Source of the DNA: an uncultured Dehalococcoidia bacterium
Lineage (GTDB): Bacteria > Chloroflexota > Dehalococcoidia > Lucifugimonadales > QGNO01
Assembly: GCA_964493125.1 (NCBI GenBank)
Contig: CAZBMS010000003.1
Span: 6,425 to 70,424 of the forward strand
Reading direction: 5' to 3'
DNA: 64,000 nt
The position numbers and the translations under genes are program-made. Every line of letters starts with the position of its first letter. Within the stretch, counting starts at the first letter, position 1. The notes under the pieces were generated by a model. It was given only the letters and a program-made list of their open reading frames with translations. It made no database searches and was not told where the DNA came from. Positions 38,734 to 47,297 of the stretch are shown here, piece by piece.

Positions 38734-40398
38734 TCAAGCACTTTTCTTTCCATATGTTTTCATAGCCGCATCGCGTGAAACTATCCCATCCCGAACATCC
38801 AATTCGACTAATGAAAGCTCCCTTTCAGAGGGGTCGCCCATACCCGCACCGCTTGGAAACTCCAACTCGAGTCTGTCCGACTCCTTTTCTAGTGTTAAGT
38901 ACCCCTGAGTCAAAGCTTTTGGGTCATCACTTAAAACTTTTCCGTTCAGTATTACTCTTGTCTTTTGTCCGGATGATCCTCCAAAAACGCCACTTGCTGG
39001 AAAATAAAGCCGGTTGGGATGGAAGTAAATGTTCAGTGGACGTCGATAATTCGCCGACTTCCCGATGGTAACCTTCAGCCCTGGGCTGCCTCGATATCTT
39101 CCTGCGCCAGCAGAGTCCTCGATAAATTCCTTGGACAAAACTAGGGCTGGGCTGTTCAGCTCAAACACCTCAACTGGTACATTCGAAGCACTGCTTGGAA
39201 ACATGTTGAGGCCCATTCCGTCGCCCGCGCTGCTAGCACCGCGGCCCCCGCCTGAGAAAAGATGCGCGTTAAACACTCGGCCATCCTCATGAAATCCATA
39301 GGTTCTGAGTCCAGACATAAGTCCATTTCCAGCCTGTATTCTTTCTGGTATTACTTGGGCCAGGGCCCCGAATATTGCACCGTGTATGTACCACCCAGTA
39401 TTTAGTCTTGATCCAACGGATATGGGGAAGGTGCAATTAATTATGGTTCCCTCTGGGGCATATGTGCTGATAGGGGCGAAGCAGCCCTCATTAACTGGCA
39501 CTCCTGGCGTCAAGAGGCAGGCAAGCGGATACAATGTGTGGCCTGTACTGTAGATTAAGGTACAATTAAGCCCTCCTCGATCAACCTGTGTAGATGATCC
39601 AGTGTAATCTACCGAGACTTCATCTCCCGAAACCGTAATCTTTACAGCTATCTTGAGTGGGACCCCCATTCCATCCGTGTACACTTCATTCGTGTAAACA
39701 CCATCGTCTATCTCTTCAATCGCTTTCCTCATTGCAGACTCTGAGCGGGCCCTTATCTGATAAGAAAGATCCGATAAGTCTCCGAGATTATATTCCTCTA
39801 TGAGAGCTAACACTCGTTTAGAACCCACCTCATTCGCTGCAACTTGAGCCTCAATATCAGTCAACACCATCTCGGGCGCTCTAACGTTCCATTTAAACAT
39901 ATCAAACACTAGCTCGTTCGGATTACCACCATCATATAACTTACAAATAGGAAAGAAGATTCCCTCTTCATAAGAATCGGTTACTCGCTTTTCATCTAAG
40001 GAACCACCTATGTCTGATGTGTTGGCTATATTGCCCACAAAGCCCACAAACATGTTTTCTTTGAAAACCGGTGTTACCACTGCTATATCTGGTAGATGCC
40101 CTGCACACATCCAAGGATCGTTGGTTAGAAATACATCCCCTGGCTTGATCGACTTCTCTGGGTATTTTTTCAAGATTTCCTTAGTGACGTTAGGCATAGT
40201 CATGTTGAAGACAGGCATGCTCCGATATGCATGGGCAATTGAGCGACCATCCTTATCCATAATTTCACACCCGAAGTCATTGGCCGATGCAATGATTGTT
40301 GATACAGCTGTTCGAAGAATTGTGGTCCACATCTCCTCGGTAACATTCAGCAAACGGCTCCAAATGATTTCTAGAGTAACCGGATCAAATTCCTTCAT
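38734..40398 (-). CDS. hyuB: Hydantoinase B / oxoprolinase family subunit
   Basis: N-terminal DPVTLEIIWSRL...EEMWTTILRTAVSTII is characteristic of the HyuB family. Length 554 aa. Confidence 0.85.
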   Translation of the reverse strand: MKEFDPVTLEIIWSRLLNVTEEMWTTILRTAVSTIIASANDFGCEIMDKDGRSIAHAYRSMPVFNMTMPNVTKEILKKYPEKSIKPGDVFLTNDPWMCAGHLPDIAVVTPVFKENMFVGFVGNIANTSDIGGSLDEKRVTDSYEEGIFFPICKLYDGGNPNELVFDMFKWNVRAPEMVLTDIEAQVAANEVGSKRVLALIEEYNLGDLSDLSYQIRARSESAMRKAIEEIDDGVYTNEVYTDGMGVPLKIAVKITVSGDEVSVDYTGSSTQVDRGGLNCTLIYSTGHTLYPLACLLTPGVPVNEGCFAPISTYAPEGTIINCTFPISVGSRLNTGWYIHGAIFGALAQVIPERIQAGNGLMSGLRTYGFHEDGRVFNAHLFSGGGRGASSAGDGMGLNMFPSSASNVPVEVFELNSPALVLSKEFIEDSAGAGRYRGSPGLKVTIGKSANYRRPLNIYFHPNRLYFPASGVFGGSSGQKTRVILNGKVLSDDPKALTQGYLTLEKESDRLELEFPSGAGMGDPSERELSLVELDVRDGIVSRDAAMKTYGKKSA

Positions 40399-40417
40399 CT
40401 ATTTTCCTCCCTAATGG

Positions 40418-42520
40418 CTACCCAACCTTGAAAACAAGGTTCAGCCACCGGTCAACTGATACACTATCTCTAGGGCTCATTACAGCTGTCGACTCTTGCT
40501 CTTCTATAATCGCCGGCCCGTTAATTCTGGAGCCTGCGACCAGCTTATAGCGATCGTATATTGGACAATCTATATATCCACCGCTATCTCTAAAATATGC
40601 TTTGCGGATCCCCTTTAGTGCTACGCTCAAATCGACGTTACAAGTTACTTCCTCTTGATGAAGATTAACTGTTGGCTCTGGCCCGCGCGCCAACAATCGC
40701 CAATTTTGCACCTCAATGGGTATGTTTAAATTTCTACGGCTATAAAATTCCTGATAAATAGCATGGAAATCTGACTCTATTTGTTCCATCTTCGAGGGAT
40801 CAAGTTCTCCTGGTGAAATTGGTACGTTTATTTCATGTATTTGACCCTTAAGTCGCATATCTGCCGATCTTACTAACTCGACCTGTTCCTCAGGAACGCC
40901 TGCCTGTTTCATTAAGGTAAGGCCTCTCATTTCCATATTGCGGAAAATATTATTCAGATCCCCGGAATTGAAATCCTCAAGCGACCCCGGAACTGACCGA
41001 ACATCTTCTAGCGACAGTGGCGCAGTTAAACAACCAAGCGCAGAGGTTACTCCAGCCGCCAGCGGCGCAATCACTTCAGTTGCTCCCAATATCCGTGCAA
41101 CATCACAGGCGTGAGCAGGACCAGCTCCTCCAAAAGCAATGATCGAATAGTTTCTTGGGTCCTTATTTCGACCTATAATATGGAGTCTGGCAGCAGCGGC
41201 CATGTTTTCCGTAACCACACTGTATATGCCCCAAGCTACCTCAATCTCATTGATCCCTAGCGTCTGTGCTAGTCCCGACATGGCCTTCTTCGCAGCATTG
41301 ATATCGAGCTCCATTTTGCCGCCGAGGAAATAGTTAGGGTTGAGATATCCAAGCAATAGGTTTGCGTCCGTTACTGTTGGAATACGACCACCTAGCCCAT
41401 AACAAGCAGGACCCGGCTTTGCCCCAGAACTATGAGGGCCGACTTTAAGCAATCCCAGGCTGTCTGTCCACGCTACGCTTCCACCGCCAGATCCTATCTC
41501 AATCAGGTCTAGTACCGGAATCACGATTGGCAATCCGCTACCAACCTTAAAGCGATGAATCCTCCCCACCTCGATACTGTTAGCTATCGCCGGCTTTCCT
41601 CCTTCTATGACACATGTCTTAGCTGTTGTGCCTCCCATATCGATAGAAACCAAGTCTGGCTTAGAAAGTAAGGCTCCATAGAAACTTGCTGCAAGCGCTC
41701 CTGCTGCTGGTCCCGACTCCAGGAGGCGTACAGGTCGCTCACTCGCAGCATCACTTCCAATTACCCCTCCAGCTGAATGCATCACTAATAACTCCCCTGT
41801 ATAACCTAAGACTGAAAGTCTTTCTCGTACACCCGCAAGATACTTAGATACGCTCGGCTTTATATAGCAGTCGGCAATTGTTGTTGAGGTGCGCTCATAC
41901 TCATTGATTATTGGTGCCACCTCAGAGGATATTGATACAGTTACGTCTGGAAAGTGATTTACGATAATCGATTTTAGGGCTTCTTCGTTCGTCGGATTCT
42001 TATACGAATGCATTAGTGCAATCGCTAATGCATCGGCGCCTTCCCCCAAAAGCCCTTCGACTAATTTTATAGCTTCGTCTTCATGTACCCGTTCTAGTAT
42101 TAGCCCGTCACTGTCCGTACGTTCTCGAATTCCTTGTCTTAGGTACCTGGGGGCAAGTGGCTCAGGATACCGCGCCTGCAAATCGTACATATCATAAATC
42201 TGTTCCCTGCGAAGCTCTATAATATCCCTGAATCCATCTGTAGTTATCAGGCCCGTCTTGGCGCCCTTGCGTTCAATTATCGCATTGGTTGCTAAAGTTG
42301 TACTATGTACAACTAATTTAAGCTCGTCGTAGCTCACTCCAATTCGCTCAAGCAACTCAGATGCTCCATTGATTAAAGCTTCCTCTGGATGATCGGCGTC
42401 GGTTAGCACCTTGTTCACTGACACCTTGCCCGTATTTAGATCGAGAAGAGAGAAGTCAGTGAATGTTCCTCCTATATCCACACTGAGAATGTGCTTGAGT
42501 TCATCAGTCCGATTTATCAT
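40418..42520 (-). CDS. hyuA: Hydantoinase A / oxoprolinase family subunit (ATP-dependent)
   Basis: VDIGGTFTDF and DMGGTTAK ASKHA-fold phosphate motifs. Length 700 aa. Confidence 0.85.
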   Translation of the reverse strand: MINRTDELKHILSVDIGGTFTDFSLLDLNTGKVSVNKVLTDADHPEEALINGASELLERIGVSYDELKLVVHSTTLATNAIIERKGAKTGLITTDGFRDIIELRREQIYDMYDLQARYPEPLAPRYLRQGIRERTDSDGLILERVHEDEAIKLVEGLLGEGADALAIALMHSYKNPTNEEALKSIIVNHFPDVTVSISSEVAPIINEYERTSTTIADCYIKPSVSKYLAGVRERLSVLGYTGELLVMHSAGGVIGSDAASERPVRLLESGPAAGALAASFYGALLSKPDLVSIDMGGTTAKTCVIEGGKPAIANSIEVGRIHRFKVGSGLPIVIPVLDLIEIGSGGGSVAWTDSLGLLKVGPHSSGAKPGPACYGLGGRIPTVTDANLLLGYLNPNYFLGGKMELDINAAKKAMSGLAQTLGINEIEVAWGIYSVVTENMAAAARLHIIGRNKDPRNYSIIAFGGAGPAHACDVARILGATEVIAPLAAGVTSALGCLTAPLSLEDVRSVPGSLEDFNSGDLNNIFRNMEMRGLTLMKQAGVPEEQVELVRSADMRLKGQIHEINVPISPGELDPSKMEQIESDFHAIYQEFYSRRNLNIPIEVQNWRLLARGPEPTVNLHQEEVTCNVDLSVALKGIRKAYFRDSGGYIDCPIYDRYKLVAGSRINGPAIIEEQESTAVMSPRDSVSVDRWLNLVFKVG

Positions 42521-42546
42521 GAATCCTCCTCATCGGCCTGATACTA

Positions 42547-43326
42547 TCACGCGCTAGGCTGGATAGGAGTTGACACCCATATCATTTCTTCACTAGTTTC
42601 ACTGAGCGGTTCTCTTCGGAAATTTCCATACGTTTCCAATATTCTGTACCCTGCGTTCTTCAGCAAACTCTGAACCTCTCTTTGATAGGTATACCGGAGT
42701 GCATATGACACTTCTGATCTTTTCGGCTCTGTGCCGCCCTCCCCATACTCTTTCACAACGTTTTTCACATATATTATCTGGTTATACTCATCATGCTGGC
42801 TTTTTTCTTCTAGCTCCATTTTCCGCGCCTCTGCAAAGCCGGTAGGTTCATTGCGAAATAGGCCAACCGATTTCTTTTGTTCCATGTATACTTCTCTAGG
42901 CACGAATAGATTAAATATCAAACGCCCGCCTGGCTCCAAGTGTTTTTTTATACAAGCAAGCGCCCTCGACTGATCTTCAACAGACAGGAGTAGCTGAAAC
43001 GATCTAAATGGGATAAACACCAAGTTGAACTGCTGCCCTAGATCAAAATCACGCATGTCCCCATTTATGAAATGCGGAGCCTTGATTCGGGATCTTAACT
43101 TCTTTGCCTTCGATCTAGCCTGAGCAAGCATAACAGGTGAGTTGTCCAAGCCAGTGATAGTCACCCCTGCTTGCGAAACTGGTATCGTCACCCTACCAGT
43201 GCCACATCCCAGCTCTAAGACTGGACCTGTCGCCGTTTCAGCCTCAGAAATCCAAAAGGGAACGTCTTCCTGAAGCACGTGGACTTTGTCATAAAGTTGA
43301 CCCCAGCCGTCTCCATAGGTCAACAC
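42547..43326 (-). CDS. Class I SAM-dependent methyltransferase
   Basis: Motif I VLELGCGTGR and post-I ITGLDNS. Substrate unknown. Confidence 0.75.
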   Translation of the reverse strand: MLTYGDGWGQLYDKVHVLQEDVPFWISEAETATGPVLELGCGTGRVTIPVSQAGVTITGLDNSPVMLAQARSKAKKLRSRIKAPHFINGDMRDFDLGQQFNLVFIPFRSFQLLLSVEDQSRALACIKKHLEPGGRLIFNLFVPREVYMEQKKSVGLFRNEPTGFAEARKMELEEKSQHDEYNQIIYVKNVVKEYGEGGTEPKRSEVSYALRYTYQREVQSLLKNAGYRILETYGNFRREPLSETSEEMIWVSTPIQPSA

Positions 43327-43331
43327 TAGTG

Positions 43332-43913
43332 CTATTCCCTGACTAGTGACTGAAGCGCTTGCCTCAGTTGCTCTTCTAATGGGCTATTCTCTAAGTCACC
43401 CACCCCTGCGACTGCTTCTTGGACTTCCGCTCTAGAGTAGCCTAGGGCCTGGAGAGCTGCTATCAAATCTCCATGGGCAACCCCAATCCCAGTGGGAGAA
43501 GCTTCCCAATCTTTTTGCAATTTGCTCTGGAGGTCAACTACTATCCTGCCAGCCGTCCGCGCCCCAATGCCTTTCACCCCTGACAATCTATCTAGATCGC
43601 CAGAAACTATGGCCATTGCTGCTTCATCAGGCGACATGGCATCTAGCATGTCGAGTGAAAGCCTAGGACCCACACCACTAACGTCCTGAAGGAGGTCAAA
43701 AAGTCGCTTACCTTCAGCTGTAGGAAAACCATACAGAACCGGGGCATCATCTCTTATTAACAATGTGGTATGTAGCATCAACAAGTCGCCTTCGGTTCCG
43801 GCTTCAACAATTGTCGACTGTGCGACATTAACCCTCAAGCCTATTCCTGAAACCTGAATTACTACGTAGTTGTCGCCGATAGAAGAAAGGGTTCCTGAGA
43901 TGGAGTTAATCAT
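43332..43913 (-). CDS. ruvA: Holliday junction DNA helicase RuvA
   Basis: The N-terminal OB region (ISGTL...V) and the helix-hairpin-helix motifs VSGVGPRL and VKGIGARTAGRI. ATGA overlap with the ruvC stop. Confidence 0.9.
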   Translation of the reverse strand: MINSISGTLSSIGDNYVVIQVSGIGLRVNVAQSTIVEAGTEGDLLMLHTTLLIRDDAPVLYGFPTAEGKRLFDLLQDVSGVGPRLSLDMLDAMSPDEAAMAIVSGDLDRLSGVKGIGARTAGRIVVDLQSKLQKDWEASPTGIGVAHGDLIAALQALGYSRAEVQEAVAGVGDLENSPLEEQLRQALQSLVRE

Positions 43914-44425
43914 TTCGGCTTAATCACCTCCACAGTAACCAAAGAAGCCTCGTTAAGATTTTGAACGTGGCACAGCGCGACAGCTAAAGCATCGGTTGCG
44001 TCCTCTGGGATACCTTCCGAATCAATATCGAGTTGCAATGCTATTGCCTGTTGTATTTGCTGTTTAGTAGCGTGTCCATGACCACTTACTGCCAACTTGA
44101 CCTGGGGAGGCGAGTAGTTTGAGGCGGATAATCCTTGTTCAACAGCGGCCATCAAAGCCAGGCCTTGTGCCTGTCCAATCGCCATAGCTGCTCTGGCGTT
44201 GATTGATACAAATGGGGTCTCCACTGCCACTTCATCAGGGCTCAGATCTGCTATAAGGCTTAGCAGCTCCGAATACAGTTGGTGTAACCTTGGTCCCAAC
44301 AACCGCCCTTTAGTCGCCTTCAATACACCCCACCTCTCTGCAGCGCAAGATCCGTCTTTACTCTGCCTCACAAGACCATAGCCCATGTTAAGTGTACCGG
44401 GGTCTATACCTAAAACTAGCGTAAT
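43910..44425 (-). CDS. ruvC: Crossover junction endodeoxyribonuclease RuvC (proposed ATT start)
   Basis: The RuvC core (EDATDALAVALCH C-terminal acidic motif) is present. The N-terminal catalytic motif LGIDPG is encoded upstream of the only ATG (44386) with no in-frame ATG/GTG/TTG. ATT at 44425 is preceded by GGGGGTG (44437-44431) at 5-nt spacing. Confidence 0.8.
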   Translation of the reverse strand: MTLVLGIDPGTLNMGYGLVRQSKDGSCAAERWGVLKATKGRLLGPRLHQLYSELLSLIADLSPDEVAVETPFVSINARAAMAIGQAQGLALMAAVEQGLSASNYSPPQVKLAVSGHGHATKQQIQQAIALQLDIDSEGIPEDATDALAVALCHVQNLNEASLVTVEVIKPK

Positions 44426-44448
44426 TGTATCACCCCCAATGAAGATGT

Positions 44449-45201
44449 TTAGGAAGAGTCATATTCGTTAAGCACTTCTTCTGGAAAATCGGCGTTAGTA
44501 TAGACTCGCTGTATATCATCCAGTTCCTCTAGTCTGTCCATAAGCTTAAGGGTCTGTTTCGCCTGCTTATTCTCCAAAAGTTGTGTTGCTTTCGGGGTCA
44601 TCGAAATTTCCGCCCGAATTATGCTTGCGTTCGCATCTTCAAGTGCCTTTCGCACTCTTTCAAAGGAGGGGACGGACATTCGCACTTCTAAAGTTTCTTG
44701 CTCCTCTTCAAAGTCCTCTGCCCCAGCATCGATCGCCAGTAAGGCCAGTTCCTCTGCGTTGTTGCCAGACGCCTCCAAAACCACCACCCCCATTGTCTCA
44801 AAGTTCCAAGCTACGCAGCCAGGCTGTCCCATATTGCCGCCACCTTTTGAAAAAGCATTTCTGACCTCAGACACTGTTCTCGTTGCATTATCTGTTAGTG
44901 CCTCAAGTAATATTGCTGCGCCCCCAGGACCATACCCTTCATATACCACCTCTTGAAGAGCATCGGCCCCACTATCACCTGAACCGCGATTTATTGCACG
45001 CTCTATGTTATCTCCCGGCATGTTGTTATCTTTGGCTTTCTGTACAGCAAGTCGAAGACGAACATTCATTTCAGCATCTGCGCCACCTTCTCTCGACGCT
45101 ATTACTATTTCTCGAGCCAGCTTCGTGAAAAGTTGCCCGCGCTTAACGTCATTGACGCCTTTCGCGCGTTTTATTGTTGACCATTTAGAGTGACCTGACA
45201 T
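44449..45201 (-). CDS. yebC: YebC/PmpR family DNA-binding transcriptional regulator
   Basis: MSGHSKWSTIKRAKG... is the canonical YebC N-terminus. Length 250 aa. Confidence 0.9.
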   Translation of the reverse strand: MSGHSKWSTIKRAKGVNDVKRGQLFTKLAREIVIASREGGADAEMNVRLRLAVQKAKDNNMPGDNIERAINRGSGDSGADALQEVVYEGYGPGGAAILLEALTDNATRTVSEVRNAFSKGGGNMGQPGCVAWNFETMGVVVLEASGNNAEELALLAIDAGAEDFEEEQETLEVRMSVPSFERVRKALEDANASIIRAEISMTPKATQLLENKQAKQTLKLMDRLEELDDIQRVYTNADFPEEVLNEYDSS

Positions 45202-45238
45202 TGTACTTCCGTTTCAAAGACTTAGTTACGTATCGCTG

Positions 45239-45268
45239 ATTCTAACATCGATCCAAAATACGGGTCAA
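45239..45268 (-). promoter_or_regulatory. Candidate promoter of yebC-ruvC-ruvA (TTGACC - 18 nt - TAGAAT)
   Basis: Minus-strand TTGACC at 45268-45263 and TAGAAT at 45244-45239, about 40 nt upstream of the yebC ATG. Confidence 0.4.
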
Positions 45269-45627
45269 AATAGTCTCCTCATTGCTAAAAACCCACTTTG
45301 GTTAGCCTGGCAGAGGGGTCCCTCATTAAGGACTATGCACTGGGCTTAGTTCTGGTTTATTAATCGGGATTTAGATATTTTAGAGCGCCTTGGGTACATT
45401 CATTGCATACTTCAATATCTTCCATTTGATTCAACGGCTCAAGGTTTTCATCCACTTCAAGCACACAACCGCCTAACGAAGCCCATAATCCATGATTTGG
45501 AAACAATGCGCCGACTTCCAAAATATTTGAAGCAGGGTATCCAAAAAGGATAGATTCCTTCTTTAGTTCCTATTTTCTCTGGTGAATACTACATACTCCA
45601 CTATCTCTAAGCATATTTTTCTTTCCT

Positions 45628-46116
45628 TTATTCTCTTTCCAGTGCTAGTTTCTTTACGACTCGCAATACGACCGCGGTAGAGAAGCCTCTTCTCTTTAGA
45701 TAGCCAGTCAAGCGGCTGAGAACTTTATGTCTATGCAATCCTTGTAACATCTTTAGGTGCTTCAAGCCTGCACTGAAGGCATTCGAGTCATCATCTACTT
45801 CAGCAGTTACATCAACTGCCAGTTCATTTGCTATGCCCTTCTTGCGCAATTCATTCCTGATAAGGCTTGCGCTTCTTGGCTTGTTTTTGCTCCTGCTCTC
45901 TGTCCAGTCTTTCGCAAACTGCAGGTCATCTAGATACCCAATATTAACCAAGCGCCTGATTGCACCGTCGACAGCTAGCTTAGAGAATCGCTCACCTAAT
46001 CGTTGTCGCATCTCTAGCTGGGTCCTCTGCCGGTAAGAAAGTAGGTTTAACGCGGACTTATACGCCATCTCAGTGTCTTCTATAGCATCTCGTCTATTCA
46101 GGCTTTGCGAGCGCAC
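45628..46116 (-). CDS. recX: Recombination regulator RecX
   Basis: It lies 3 nt downstream of recA. It is ~160 aa, helical-repeat and basic, with the RecX-like ALNLLSYRQRTQLEMRQRL. Confidence 0.75.
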   Translation of the reverse strand: MRSQSLNRRDAIEDTEMAYKSALNLLSYRQRTQLEMRQRLGERFSKLAVDGAIRRLVNIGYLDDLQFAKDWTESRSKNKPRSASLIRNELRKKGIANELAVDVTAEVDDDSNAFSAGLKHLKMLQGLHRHKVLSRLTGYLKRRGFSTAVVLRVVKKLALERE

Positions 46117-46119
46117 TAA

Positions 46120-47163
46120 TTACTCCACGGCAGATTTGGCACCAACACCTTTAGCCTGCCTTTCTGATAAAGCCGCTGCTTCTGCGGCTGCTCGAATCTC
46201 CCCGTTTAGCCTATCCGAGATGTCCGTTTCACGAGAAAGAAAGTCCTTTGCGTTTTCTCTTCCCTGTCCCAATCGCGTATCTCCATAGGAATAAAAGGCT
46301 CCGCTTTTGGTCAAAATGCCGTAATCCACTCCCAAGTCAACCAAGTCCCCTTCTAAGCTAATCCCCTGACTAAACATGATGTCAAACTCGCCAGTTCTAA
46401 AAGGAGGTGCCACTTTGTTCTTTACTACACGGGCGCGAACCCGGTTACCTGTAACGGCCGTGCCCTGTTTTATACTATCCACACGCCTAAGATCTATTCT
46501 GACAGAGCTATAAAACTTCAAGGCCCTCCCTCCAGGTGTGACTTCAGGGTTACCAAACATAACCCCGACTTTCTCTCTCAGTTGATTGATGAAAATGACT
46601 GAGGTATTCGAGCGACCTATAGCCGCGGTCAGCTTGCGTAGGGCTTGCGATAATAGTCTAGCCTGCAAACCAACATGGGTGTCTCCCATATCCCCTTCAA
46701 GTTCGTTCCTTGGCACCAACGCAGCGACACTATCCACTACTACGACATCAACAGCGTTGCTCCTCACCAAATACTCTACTATCTCTAACGCCTGTTCCGC
46801 GTCGTCGGGCTGCGACAAATAAAGATCTTCGACGTTAACCCCACAACGAGAAGCATAGCCCTTATCTAATGCATGTTCTGCATCGATATATGCTGCCGTC
46901 CCACCTTGCGCTTGCGCATGTGCAGCTATATGGTATGCCAAGGTTGTTTTTCCAGACGATTCTGCCCCAAATATCTCTACTACCCTACCTCTAGGAACTC
47001 CCCCGACGCCCAAGGCCAAATCAAGAGACAGAGACCCTGTAGGAATTGCCTTAACTGATTCGTCAACTTCAAATTCTCCCAGCCTCATTATTGCGCCCTT
47101 GCCAAAGTTGCTCTGAATTTGGCTTATCGCCAGGTCTAGGGCTTTCTCTCGTTCCACTGTCAT
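46120..47163 (-). CDS. recA: Recombinase RecA
   Basis: GAESSGKTT Walker A and the full RecA core. I prefer the ATG at 47163 (SD AAGGAGAG 7 nt upstream). The ORF-track ATG at 47184 is part of the TATAATG -10 element. Confidence 0.95.
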   Translation of the reverse strand: MTVEREKALDLAISQIQSNFGKGAIMRLGEFEVDESVKAIPTGSLSLDLALGVGGVPRGRVVEIFGAESSGKTTLAYHIAAHAQAQGGTAAYIDAEHALDKGYASRCGVNVEDLYLSQPDDAEQALEIVEYLVRSNAVDVVVVDSVAALVPRNELEGDMGDTHVGLQARLLSQALRKLTAAIGRSNTSVIFINQLREKVGVMFGNPEVTPGGRALKFYSSVRIDLRRVDSIKQGTAVTGNRVRARVVKNKVAPPFRTGEFDIMFSQGISLEGDLVDLGVDYGILTKSGAFYSYGDTRLGQGRENAKDFLSRETDISDRLNGEIRAAAEAAALSERQAKGVGAKSAVE

Positions 47164-47182
47164 GGATTCTCTCCTTTCCTGC

Positions 47183-47212
47183 ATTATAGAACATGCGTTC
47201 TATTCAGGTCAA
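47183..47212 (-). promoter_or_regulatory. recA promoter (TTGACC - 18 nt - TATAAT)
   Basis: Minus-strand TTGACC at 47212-47207 and TATAAT at 47188-47183. Confidence 0.55.
47187..47202. promoter_or_regulatory. LexA (SOS) box of the Gram-positive/Cheo type
   Basis: Perfect palindrome TAGAAC-ATGC-GTTCTA. The core AGAACATGCGTTCT matches CGAACRNRYGTTYC at 12 of 14 positions. It lies in the spacer and -10 region of the recA promoter. Confidence 0.65.
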
Positions 47213-47297
47213 CATTAGCACATGCTTCTCTTATGCATTAAGTAGTGTTTGCTGGTTTCAACAACAAGCCTGCGTTTAGTCTAGCGTAACATATAGC

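Noticed and set aside
47164-47184. Longer N-termini offered by the ORF track for recA (47184), glnA (56600), sucA (32519), fabD (24233), mrp (31765), comD (8836), rsmG (10686), rimI (16024) and UDG (26192).
   Set aside because: The extensions have no counterpart in the respective families, often overlap the upstream gene or a promoter element, and better SD-preceded internal starts exist.
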